Shown here: positions 8,294 through 16,665 of the stretch, piece by piece
Layout: every line of letters starts with the position of its first letter
Numbering within the stretch: position 1 is the stretch's first letter
Assembly: GCA_018007255.1 (NCBI GenBank)
Contig: JAGOQT010000001.1
Span: 1-46,399, forward strand
Length of the DNA stretch: 46,399 bases
Reading direction: 5' to 3'
Origin: Phycisphaerae bacterium
Lineage (GTDB): Bacteria; Planctomycetota; Phycisphaerae; Sedimentisphaerales; Anaerobacaceae
Program-made: the position numbers and the translations under genes
Notes under the pieces: generated by a model
Databases searched by the model: none
Told to the model about the DNA's origin: nothing
Seen by the model: the letters and a program-made list of their open reading frames with translations, nothing else

Positions 8294-8932
8294 TCACTCC
8301 TCGCCATCCGGATATGTCCCGGATCGCGGCTCTTCCGGCAGCACTGGATAGCCGGAGGATGACACCTGCTTGTTGCCGGACCGGACCTGCCGGACCAAGG
8401 TCCTCTGCGCGGGACTCCGTTCCAACGAGATCTCACGGATCTGCTGGCCATCACGGCTGCGGACAACCACCATGCCGCGTCTGACCTCCTGAACCACCCA
8501 CGGGCCGACCTGGGAGTCCTTCTTCACCCATCTGCCCGCCCCCTCTGCGCTGGCAGATTCGACGATCAGGGCCATGGACCGATCCGGTTGGCCTGGATAC
8601 AGGCTTATCGCCTGGACCGTGAACTTCACCGATGAGACCACAGGTCTTATCGGTGGATGGTCGGACTGTCGGACTGTCGGACTGTCCGACCGTCGGACAG
8701 ACAGAGCTGGATTCAGGGTGGCCGCAAATGCCTGCGCGTGTGCCACCAGCGGGGAGATACTGCCTTCAGAGCCGTCCGCCCTCCCGCTGTTTGCGCGTCC
8801 TCTCTGCTCTGTCACGCTCGGCAGGGTACAGACCCGCTCGGCGTCGTTGGCCGGCCTTGGGCGACACGTCTCCACCAAGACCCACGCAGTCCCGATCCAT
8901 GCAAGGATACTAGTGCCGTGTAGAAGGTGCAT
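8294..8932 (-). CDS. GspC/PilP-like secretin-associated inner-membrane protein (212 aa). The start is uncertain; a TTG at 8977 is the alternative.
   Basis: MHLLHGTSILAWIGTAWVLVETC is an N-terminal hydrophobic anchor. The C-terminal segment VKFTVQAISLYPGQPDRSMALIVESASAEGAGRWVKKDSQVGPWVVQEVRRGMVVVRSRDGQQIREISL matches the pattern of GspC-HR/PilP beta-sandwich domains. The gene ends 39 nt upstream of the secretin start. Confidence 0.45.
   Translation of the reverse strand: MHLLHGTSILAWIGTAWVLVETCRPRPANDAERVCTLPSVTEQRGRANSGRADGSEGSISPLVAHAQAFAATLNPALSVRRSDSPTVRQSDHPPIRPVVSSVKFTVQAISLYPGQPDRSMALIVESASAEGAGRWVKKDSQVGPWVVQEVRRGMVVVRSRDGQQIREISLERSPAQRTLVRQVRSGNKQVSSSGYPVLPEEPRSGTYPDGEE
8661..8700. 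repeat. Octanucleotide tandem repeat (tcggactg x3 perfect plus 2 imperfect units) inside the GspC/PilP-like CDS
   Basis: tcggactg occurs at 8661-8668, 8669-8676 and 8677-8684. It is followed by tccgaccg and tcggacag. Together these encode ..SVRRSDSPTVRQSD.. on the minus strand. Confidence 0.9.
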
Positions 8933-9017
8933 CACGACCCCTTGAATCCAAATGCGAGATGGTTCCCCCTTGGTCAACTGATCCCCACAACAAGCGGTTG
9001 ATCCATCTATCCAAATG

Positions 9018-10385
9018 TCAGGGCATCTGGTCTTCCAGCCAATGCCCGGCTAGTATAGCCACGTCCTTCAGGTCCACCCGGCAGTCGCCGTTGATGTCGC
9101 CGGCAATAATCGTCTCACATACGGGCTTGCCAAAGTACGACTTGCTGGCCTCGGCTGTTCCGCCGTAAGCGCCCATGTTGATCCTGCCCCCGTTGGGGAA
9201 GGGCTCAGGCCCTACGGGACTGAGCGGGTCCCCTGCATCGATGCACGGACTTGTGACCTGGTCCTGAACCCAGGTCTTGCTGACAGAGTCCCACCTGCCT
9301 GCCTGAGACTTGAGGTGGTAGTCACCGTCGACCCAGAAGTCATCGCTTAGCTTGTCTGGAGTCCCATTGGGATCCCAGTGGCCTGGATCCACGAAATGAG
9401 GATCGCCTGTAGTCCAATGCCCGTGAGCACGTTCATGAGGATCATATAAATCATTTGGATCGTCTCCTATGAGGCTGTACCCAACTTGCAGTTCCATTGG
9501 CCATAGAATTCCAACATCAGGCAGCGCGATGTCATTGCCAAGAAGGCCCGCAGTATTACGCCACACAATGGAATTGTACAAGTGGGATATATCGTCGCCG
9601 TCCGGTCCGCAGGATATCCCACCGCCTAGGCCTTCCTTGCCTATTCGGTTTCCGGTCACAGTACAGTTGACGAACTGATGGCTCCCGCGACAATAGATGC
9701 CTCCGCCTTGGTGTGTGGCGATATTCCCTACGACCAGACAATTCAGCACTCGGGCATTCTCGCGGTGGAGGCTCATTCCTCCACCTCTGTCGTACCCGGT
9801 CCAACTTGCCACATTCCCCATGATGATGCAATTCTCTACCCGGACATCCGACTGATAGGCGGCAATTCCCCCGCCATCCCTTGCCGCATTACCTATGATG
9901 ATGCAATCCCTTATCGTAGGACTGCTCTCCATGCAGTAGATAGCGCCTCCATCGTGAGGCCCCATATACCCTTGTGTCACTGTCAAACCCTCAACGACGG
10001 AATTAGCGTCTTCGTGGGAGTGAAAACTAAAACCCCGATGGTACTCTGGATCGATCTTTTGGGGCGGGCCGTAAGAGGGGTAACGTCCACCGCATTGGAT
10101 GATACAGGATTCAGGACCTACTTCACTTTTGAGGATGATCGCCTTGCCCTTGAAGTCAATGTCGCGGTTGCCTTCACCTGCGTAGGTACCAGGGGCAACT
10201 ATGACGGTATCGCCGTCATTGGCGTCATCGATGGCCGCCTGAATAGTCAAGCACTCTGAGGGAACCATGATTACCGTCGCTTGGCTTGCGCAGCACACAA
10301 TCAAACAGAGCAATACATTCACAATCCTGTTCACCGCCGATATGGAAGGACTTTCTCCGATTCCCACAGCCATTCCTCCTTTCAT
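9018..10385 (-). CDS. Secreted right-handed parallel beta-helix repeat protein with a C-terminal dockerin-like Ca-binding repeat (455 aa)
   Basis: The ATG at 10385 overlaps the upstream TGA (ATGA). The hydrophobic N-terminus is NRIVNVLLCLIVCCASQA. The protein contains TVIVAPGTYAGEG and repeated NC(I/L/T)(I/V)xGN turns (NCIIMGNVA, NCLVVGNIA, NCTVTGNRI). The C-terminus is GDINGDCRVDLKDVAILAGHW. Confidence 0.75.
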   Translation of the reverse strand: MKGGMAVGIGESPSISAVNRIVNVLLCLIVCCASQATVIMVPSECLTIQAAIDDANDGDTVIVAPGTYAGEGNRDIDFKGKAIILKSEVGPESCIIQCGGRYPSYGPPQKIDPEYHRGFSFHSHEDANSVVEGLTVTQGYMGPHDGGAIYCMESSPTIRDCIIIGNAARDGGGIAAYQSDVRVENCIIMGNVASWTGYDRGGGMSLHRENARVLNCLVVGNIATHQGGGIYCRGSHQFVNCTVTGNRIGKEGLGGGISCGPDGDDISHLYNSIVWRNTAGLLGNDIALPDVGILWPMELQVGYSLIGDDPNDLYDPHERAHGHWTTGDPHFVDPGHWDPNGTPDKLSDDFWVDGDYHLKSQAGRWDSVSKTWVQDQVTSPCIDAGDPLSPVGPEPFPNGGRINMGAYGGTAEASKSYFGKPVCETIIAGDINGDCRVDLKDVAILAGHWLEDQMP

Positions 10386-11575
10386 CTTGTCCCTTGTGGT
10401 TTTGCCTCTGATGGTCTCGCGTCTGATCCCGCTTCCGTCGTGACATTCACCCTGTATTTGCTACTGTTGTTACGCCACCACTCGAGGCATTCGGATCGGG
10501 TGGCACCTTTCGGCAATTGAGAGGTGAGGCTTCTCTTGAATGGGTTTTCGCGGACAGGCAGCACCATCTGCGGCACATAAGATACAAGCGAGCCGTCACC
10601 TTTCTCTATCCGCTCCATGATATATGGAAGCGAGGCCAAGCCCCCTCGTGTCATTTCCTCAAAGAGCCGCTTTTCTGAGGTAGCCCCAAAGCCTTCACGT
10701 CCCTTCTCACTTCGGCGATTCCATACGGCATACATTTCCGCAGCGTGTTTTTGGGCAAATTCCCCTCCCTTGCGGCTCCAATGCTGCCAAAGAGTCAAAT
10801 AGACCTTATCAGCCGACAACTCTCCCAATTCAGGGAAGTCCGCAACACAATATGTACGCTGTCCACTGATATACTTCACGGGGAAGCGGGCATGAGTCAG
10901 GTCTTCCAGACAACGATGCACTCTATAGTCCAATTTCCCCATATTAGAGGCATGTTGAATCAATGGATTAGCGGCTCGGATATCGCCAAGAAGAGCCAAA
11001 GCGTATGCGGCATACTCATATCGTTGCCCCAGCGTTGGCAAATCGCGGATGATCGGGTCAATTGCACGAGTATCTCCCAGATAACCCAATGCCAGGATAG
11101 CGTAATCCGCGAGGATGTATTGTTGTCGATCCTCTCGCGGATTGCCTGATACCCTGCCTGGGACATTAGGCTTCTCGATGGCTTCAATCAGAGGCTGAAA
11201 AGCCTGCTGGTCTCCTATAGCACCAAGGCTTAAGGCAGCATAACAACGGGCAATATGGAAATATATGCCTTCTGTATCCCCGAATAGACTATCTCTTGTC
11301 CAGTTAGGTTCACCACGCACGACAGCAACAAGAAAAGAGACAGCATCTTTACTGTCAAGCCCCTTTGTAGGCTGAAACCGAGGCTCCGACGGAGAGGCAA
11401 CGGGAAAATATACCAAGTTGAACCCTGCCCGACCGCTCCCGGCGGCTTTGACCGCTGTCTCCAGTAAGAAGGGAAACTCCATACTTGCGTGGCCATCCTG
11501 GCACCATCCTCTGGTTACACACATAAGAACGATAAAGACAACCAGGCCAGGACATGTCCATCTATTGTCATGCAT
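10382..11575 (-). CDS. Exported HEAT/PBS-lyase-like repeat protein (397 aa)
   Basis: ATG 11575 is preceded by GAAAGGA. The signal-like N-terminus is MHDNRWTCPGLVVFIVLMCVTRGWCQD. Repeats: ALSLGAIGDQQAFQPLIEAI, ALGYLGDTRAIDPIIRDL, ALALLGDIRAANPLIQH. Confidence 0.7.
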   Translation of the reverse strand: MHDNRWTCPGLVVFIVLMCVTRGWCQDGHASMEFPFLLETAVKAAGSGRAGFNLVYFPVASPSEPRFQPTKGLDSKDAVSFLVAVVRGEPNWTRDSLFGDTEGIYFHIARCYAALSLGAIGDQQAFQPLIEAIEKPNVPGRVSGNPREDRQQYILADYAILALGYLGDTRAIDPIIRDLPTLGQRYEYAAYALALLGDIRAANPLIQHASNMGKLDYRVHRCLEDLTHARFPVKYISGQRTYCVADFPELGELSADKVYLTLWQHWSRKGGEFAQKHAAEMYAVWNRRSEKGREGFGATSEKRLFEEMTRGGLASLPYIMERIEKGDGSLVSYVPQMVLPVRENPFKRSLTSQLPKGATRSECLEWWRNNSSKYRVNVTTEAGSDARPSEAKPQGTR

Positions 11576-11596
11576 TTGCTATCCTTTCAGTGCTAT

Positions 11597-11625
11597 AGTA
11601 TAGCTAATCGCTCGTTTTGCTACAA
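11597..11625 (-). promoter_or_regulatory. Possible internal promoter (TTGTAG-17-TATACT) in the AT-rich PAD-HEAT gap
   Basis: On the minus strand TTGTAG lies at 11625-11620 and TATACT at 11602-11597, with a 17-nt spacer. This is the only AT-rich gap inside the operon. The call rests on hexamer matching only. Confidence 0.25.
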
Positions 11626-11632
11626 TATAAAA

Positions 11633-14473
11633 CTAGTCCCACCAATTGTTACTTGGGATGGTACGTATGGCATTCGTACCACAATGAATCTCGCCTCCGC
11701 CTCCAGACGTTCCGCCATGAAGCGGCCAACAGTCTACAAAACCGCTGAAGGGAGAATTGATCTTGAACACATCCACACCATTTGCGGTTCTTGGACCATA
11801 AGGATTCGGTACATGTAAGCTCCCGCCCGAATTCAGCAGATTCACCATGCCAGGTAGAAGTGCACTGGCGGACCAATTCTGATCAAACAAGGCTGGTACA
11901 CTCGCAAAAGTCGTAATGGACGTCTGCTGTAATAGCAGATTTCTTAGATCTGAAATACGTGAGGGCCAAGCTTGCTGAACGCCACTATAGGCATTCCATA
12001 AGTCCCTAATCGCCATACAAACAGGGGCGCCTTCTGAACCTCCATCGTACACATGCCCAAACGCAAAGTTTCTTTTGCTCTTCTTGACCAGAATATATCG
12101 GCATTCGTAGGGATCTCCATTCCAGGTCCCATCAATGGTTACACTGTTTGAAGTGTTTGAGACTATCCTCTTCTTCTCTGGGTTTATCTCAAAGCCCCCC
12201 TGTGTTGCGGTGTAAATGATCACATACCCATCACTCCAGTCTACCTGAGACCAGTCATGTAATCCCGATCCATCTCTGAAAGTACTATTACTAACTGTCT
12301 CAGTTACAACCCCGAAATCCTCTGGACCTTCACAGAATACAGTTCTGAACTCGGAGCGAGCAACAAGTGTGTATCTCCATCGATCCGGATAGTTGACAGG
12401 ATCAGGAATAGGATCCCAAAGACGCCCTTTGCTCGTTAGGTTATCATAAACATAGACTCTTGTGGCATCACTATGGACGATTTCACGTACCTCGATTTGC
12501 CAATACCATAGATCGATGATCTCGACATACCCTCCGGCCCATTGATCTGTCGACCAGGTTGCTGTCGAGATCTCTATGTATTGAGAAGCAGCCCCTGTAA
12601 TCAAGCCATTGGCCTGTGTGTTGTTATTGATGAAGTTCTCGACAAGCGAGATGCCCAAGTCAACATCCACAATGTAGGCAGACGTGCCATTGAAGCTCAC
12701 CAATTCATCAATGTGGCCCACGCTAAGATATCCCGTCTGTGGTGATACAATCACAGACTGAACACCCTGTGCTGCAATGAAGTTGGTAATGTCACCACTG
12801 CATCCCGTTCCAACAACGACATGTTCATCTGCTACGGCCTCAATATTTCCACCATAATCGTATTTTGGGTTTCCCGAACCAACGGTGAAGACACCTACAC
12901 TGGGTGCCAATAGGCTATTGGGCCAGGAGTCTAACGCCCTACCTTGACGCGGCAAGTCCATTACCACGTGCATTTGGCCTCCCGGCCACTTGGTGTAGCC
13001 GATTTCGGCAGCATCCTGTAGCCACGGATCTCCTGCATAAGTTGTGCCAAGATCCATACTTACAATACTAGTCCCCACTGCGGCAATGTCATCGTCTTGG
13101 TCTGAGTCACTCCGATCTGGTGAATAGACCACTTCAGAGGAAGCATAACCAGGCAAAAGAATGAACGGCGACGATCGAAGCTTCACTACTTCATCCGTAA
13201 AAACGCTTCCTCCACCCTGATCTTGAATTCTCAGTCTAAGATAACACGCCTCTCCCACGGAATTAGAGAATCGATAGGCCTCAATATACCAATTCAAGGT
13301 ACTGCCTATGACAGTGGTCACTTCAAGGCTATTCACCCACGACCAACTCCCGCCATTACAGACGAATCCAAGCACATGCACAGATCCCCCCGCTCCAGGA
13401 GTATCACCGTCGAAAACCTGCATAAATGCATTCTGGCTGTATTCTGTGATCAGGTTCCCCGAATCATCGACGATCTCAGTAAAGGCTTTCCAGCCTGTCG
13501 GCAAGGAGGTCTCGCGAATCTGTACCGGTAGAAGATCAGTCAAGTCAGCACTGCCATCTATGTGCCCGTTGTCACAGTCCTTCTCGGCGGGCGTGCCGGG
13601 ATCGTCATCATCGATGTTCACCGGCACAATCGCCGCTTGAGTCTCCTCCAGGTCCTCCTCCGCCGGTGTTCCGTCGACGGTTCCATTATGGTTGGAATCC
13701 ACATCGATGTCCACTTGGATAACGCTGATGAGATGGGAATCAGTGAAGGACCTTCGACGCGGAATCGTCAACTGAATGACCGCCGTGTAGGTACCAGGCG
13801 CAGCCCGTGTCCCATCATTCTTCTTCCCATCCCAGGTCGTCTGTTGCGGCCCCAACCCATCACCCAATCGTATGCTTTTTATCGTGGCGCCCGATTGGTC
13901 CTTGATCAACAGGTCCGCCACCCACCGCAGATAGTAACGCAGCCTGTTGTTGTTCGGCAAGATCGTGTAGTAGATATCGGCTGGAGTACTGCTCTGATAT
14001 GCCATGTACTCAGCCGTATCACGATTCGGCGGATCGTCATCAATGGATACTGCAATCACATAGACCTCCGCGTAGTCATCGTCAGTCAGCCCATAGCTGT
14101 TCTCGGCCTCTACATCGACCTTATAGGCCCAAGGCGTAACAAACGAGAGGTTCCTGAGCGAACTGGCATAATAACCCTCTTGGTCGTATCCCCCATCGTG
14201 CTCAATGGGATCCGGTGGTGGATTCGTTGAAACCCAATAGCCGCTGAATGGTCCCCAGTCTACCCACCTCTGCCATTGCCAATCCCAGTCCTGGATATAG
14301 GTCCCGGACCAGTCCTCCGCCTCAATGCTCAGATGCTCGCCTGGTCCTACACAATGCAGCCAATCGGAGATCCAGACCTCTGGTGGCAACGGCCAACCAC
14401 AGCATAGGCTCGCTGTTGTGCAGACGGATACTGCCATCAATGCCAGGGTTTTGAGTATTCCTTTCGCTCTCAT
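11633..14473 (-). CDS. Secreted protein-arginine deiminase (PAD) family homologue with an N-terminal FlgD-Ig-like region (946 aa)
   Basis: The ATG at 14473 overlaps the TPR2 stop (ATGA). The signal-like N-terminus is MRAKGILKTLALMAVSVCTTASLCC. TWDGKKNDGTRAAPGTYTAVIQL resembles FlgD-Ig. VNIDDDDPGTPAEKDCDNGHIDGSADLTDLLPVQIR parallels the human PAD4 middle domain ([35 protein letters not shown]). DPWLQDAAEIGY (12995-13024), DYGGNIE, LSVGHIDELVSF (12701-12721), LPGMVNLLNSG and EIHCGTNAIR (Cys codon 11681-11683) parallel DRWIQDEMELGY, DSFGNLE, LAVGHVDEFLSF, FPDLVNMLVLG and EVHCGTNVCR of PAD4 as I recall it. Confidence 0.8.
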   Translation of the reverse strand: MRAKGILKTLALMAVSVCTTASLCCGWPLPPEVWISDWLHCVGPGEHLSIEAEDWSGTYIQDWDWQWQRWVDWGPFSGYWVSTNPPPDPIEHDGGYDQEGYYASSLRNLSFVTPWAYKVDVEAENSYGLTDDDYAEVYVIAVSIDDDPPNRDTAEYMAYQSSTPADIYYTILPNNNRLRYYLRWVADLLIKDQSGATIKSIRLGDGLGPQQTTWDGKKNDGTRAAPGTYTAVIQLTIPRRRSFTDSHLISVIQVDIDVDSNHNGTVDGTPAEEDLEETQAAIVPVNIDDDDPGTPAEKDCDNGHIDGSADLTDLLPVQIRETSLPTGWKAFTEIVDDSGNLITEYSQNAFMQVFDGDTPGAGGSVHVLGFVCNGGSWSWVNSLEVTTVIGSTLNWYIEAYRFSNSVGEACYLRLRIQDQGGGSVFTDEVVKLRSSPFILLPGYASSEVVYSPDRSDSDQDDDIAAVGTSIVSMDLGTTYAGDPWLQDAAEIGYTKWPGGQMHVVMDLPRQGRALDSWPNSLLAPSVGVFTVGSGNPKYDYGGNIEAVADEHVVVGTGCSGDITNFIAAQGVQSVIVSPQTGYLSVGHIDELVSFNGTSAYIVDVDLGISLVENFINNNTQANGLITGAASQYIEISTATWSTDQWAGGYVEIIDLWYWQIEVREIVHSDATRVYVYDNLTSKGRLWDPIPDPVNYPDRWRYTLVARSEFRTVFCEGPEDFGVVTETVSNSTFRDGSGLHDWSQVDWSDGYVIIYTATQGGFEINPEKKRIVSNTSNSVTIDGTWNGDPYECRYILVKKSKRNFAFGHVYDGGSEGAPVCMAIRDLWNAYSGVQQAWPSRISDLRNLLLQQTSITTFASVPALFDQNWSASALLPGMVNLLNSGGSLHVPNPYGPRTANGVDVFKINSPFSGFVDCWPLHGGTSGGGGEIHCGTNAIRTIPSNNWWD

Positions 14474-16446
14474 GGCTGGCTTCCCTCCTTGGATACATTG
14501 CCACGGGCGTATTCCAAGTATTTTCTGGCCGCGGGGACACCTGGGCTTGACGGATACAGCTCCAGCAAGTGCCTGTATGCCTCGGTAAGGGTAGATTCTG
14601 CCTTGCCCCTGGCCTCCGGGTCCGAATCCATCTCTGATCGCAACAACATTTCTTTGTACATCTTGACGATCCGATGCTGGGCCATCCAGGCATATTCATA
14701 CTCCGGCCAAGTCTCCACGATCTTCTGATAGTACGGCATGGCCTTCTCATCCTGCCCCAACAGCCGGTAGGTCTCCGCCGCCATATGATAGGCCTGGGCC
14801 GTGATGAGAGACGAAGGCAGCTCCCTGATGATCCTCTCCCAGATGACCAAACCCTTCTCGAAGTTGTCATCTGCCTTGTCCTTGCGGCCAGCCTTGTTCT
14901 CAGCCAGGGCCTCTGACCAGTATTGCTCCCCAACACTGAACACCACCTTGGACAGGTCCGAATGGTCTTTGAAGTCAGTAGTCATGGCATCCAAGGCCTG
15001 CTGGCCTGCCGTATCATTACCCTTGGCAATCTCCAGCTTGATAAGACCCGCCCTGGCCCAGATCAACTGTCCATCCCCCGTGGCCGTGTGATCCAGGACG
15101 TACTTGTATATCTGCTCGGCCTTGTCGGCCTTGCCCGCTTGAAGGTAGGCATCCCCCACCCGGCATAGCTGCGTGGGCAAAGTAGGCTGGCCTGCAAAGA
15201 CAGTCATCAGCCTGTTGCCTGCCGCCGCAGCCTCCTTCTCATTGCCCTCCAGGATCCACGACTTGGCCACCTCCGTCTGCGACCACATCGCGCACAGGTC
15301 GTCCTTGGACGACTGCTCTGCATTGTACTGATGGACCTGCCGGGCCAAGATAGGTCGGCTCTGCCGATACCGCATCGCCGTATGATACACCTCCTTGGCT
15401 GGGGTCTTATTCTGTGAGAATGCAGCGATCAGCCGACTAAAGGCCTCCTCCACTGTCGTATTGGCACCTGCCGGGGATCCCTTGTCTAGCATCGCCACCT
15501 GTGCCCTGACCGCTGCGTCGCTGTCAGGCCAATGATCCGCCACATACTGATAGTACTGCCTGGCCTGCTCAGGCTTGTTGGCCTTGCTGTAGGCTATCCC
15601 TACCTGGTACACCTCCTTGGGCAGGGTCGCCTGACCGGAGAAGACCTGCACCAGCCTGCCGAACTCCTGGTCTGCCGCTGTGTCGTCGGCCTTGCCGATG
15701 GCCGATTTGATGATCTCGACCTGGGAGTACATCCCTTGGAGGGCATTGGCGTAGTGCTCCACGTTGTACCGATGGAGCTTGAGCGACATCTCAGGCTTCT
15801 TGAGGTTCCTGTAGTGCTTGCCCAGGTTGTAGATCGTGCCTGCGATGTCCTTGTGCTGGGCAAAGTCCGCCAGGAGGGTGTCCACGGCTGCATTGGCCGC
15901 CTTGTCGTCTGATCTCTCCAGGTGGGAGTGGATGATATTCCTCTGGCTGTGGACGGCCCACTCGGTGTCCTTCCACTTCTGGATCACGGACTGATAGATC
16001 TGCAGGGCCTTGTCGGGTGCCCCTTGGGGTGGTTTGATGCCCTTGTATCCTCGGCCGACCTCATACACAGCCTGAGGCAGACCGGCATTCCCTGCAAACC
16101 GCTCCAGCATCTGCTGATAGGCTGTATCCGCCTGAGAGGTCCTGTTGGCCGCCACATACAGCAGGACCAGGCCCTTCTGTGCAGCCAACTGCTGGTCCTT
16201 GTCGGTAGCCTGCTCCAGCACGGCCTTGTAGAGCTTCTCTGCCTGGTCGTACTGCCTGCCCTGGACCAGACCCTCTGCCTCCGTGAGCTGCTCAGCCACA
16301 GCGGCGAAGGCCACAAACGGCAGCAGAAGTAATACCAGACTGATCCAGGCTAGATATGAGTGCTTGGGCCAGGCTGTTGATGTCGATCTGCCTCTCTCGC
16401 TTGGCCTCCATCCTGCCTGCCGGCGTGCTCCTTTGCTCTCGCTCAT
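14470..16446 (-). CDS. Membrane-anchored TPR-repeat protein, paralogue 2 (658 aa)
   Basis: ATG 16446 is preceded by GAAAGGAGCC. MSESKGARRQ...YLAWISLVLLLLPFVAFAA is near-identical to paralogue 1 up to ..GDGQLIWARAG, after which the TPR-like C-terminus diverges. Confidence 0.8.
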   Translation of the reverse strand: MSESKGARRQAGWRPSERGRSTSTAWPKHSYLAWISLVLLLLPFVAFAAVAEQLTEAEGLVQGRQYDQAEKLYKAVLEQATDKDQQLAAQKGLVLLYVAANRTSQADTAYQQMLERFAGNAGLPQAVYEVGRGYKGIKPPQGAPDKALQIYQSVIQKWKDTEWAVHSQRNIIHSHLERSDDKAANAAVDTLLADFAQHKDIAGTIYNLGKHYRNLKKPEMSLKLHRYNVEHYANALQGMYSQVEIIKSAIGKADDTAADQEFGRLVQVFSGQATLPKEVYQVGIAYSKANKPEQARQYYQYVADHWPDSDAAVRAQVAMLDKGSPAGANTTVEEAFSRLIAAFSQNKTPAKEVYHTAMRYRQSRPILARQVHQYNAEQSSKDDLCAMWSQTEVAKSWILEGNEKEAAAAGNRLMTVFAGQPTLPTQLCRVGDAYLQAGKADKAEQIYKYVLDHTATGDGQLIWARAGLIKLEIAKGNDTAGQQALDAMTTDFKDHSDLSKVVFSVGEQYWSEALAENKAGRKDKADDNFEKGLVIWERIIRELPSSLITAQAYHMAAETYRLLGQDEKAMPYYQKIVETWPEYEYAWMAQHRIVKMYKEMLLRSEMDSDPEARGKAESTLTEAYRHLLELYPSSPGVPAARKYLEYARGNVSKEGSQP

Positions 16447-16665
16447 ACCGTGGCTCCTTTCCGATCCTCTGGTGGGCCTTGTGGTAGATACGCGCCTGCA
16501 CGGGACCTGCAAACTGCAGATGCAGCATCCCCGTGAGGAGAATCCCCTTGCCTGGTGATTGGCCTTCTTAACCTACCCCTCCGCGCGTGATTGCTCCCAT
16601 ACCTTGCCATGGCCTTGGCACCTGCCAGTAGAGTACGCGCAAAAACCCTCCTGAGTCGACCGTAG
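15047..16665. repeat. ~1.6-kb dispersed direct repeat, copy 2 (partner 2916-4541)
   Basis: See copy 1. The same boundaries are found by direct comparison. Confidence 0.85.

Noticed and set aside
6476-8362. A long plus-strand ORF (628 aa) lies opposite the secretin. Similar long antisense ORFs occur at 23706-25799 (697 aa), 26593-28671 (692 aa), 28593-30326 (577 aa), 19005-20162, 17083-18018, 32630-34276 and 40372-42057.
   Set aside because: Their translations are Arg/Gly/Pro/Asp/His-rich low-complexity strings with no recognisable motifs. Each lies opposite a gene with clear family signatures. These are typical shadow ORFs of high-GC DNA.
16292-16528. An alternative-frame ORF (MLHLQFAGPVQARIYHKAHQ..., 78 aa) starts in the leader and overlaps the TPR2 start. 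An equivalent frame is open in the TPR1 copy.
   Set aside because: Its conservation between the copies is explained by the recent DNA duplication. It has no convincing SD, a highly basic low-complexity sequence and no independent evidence.
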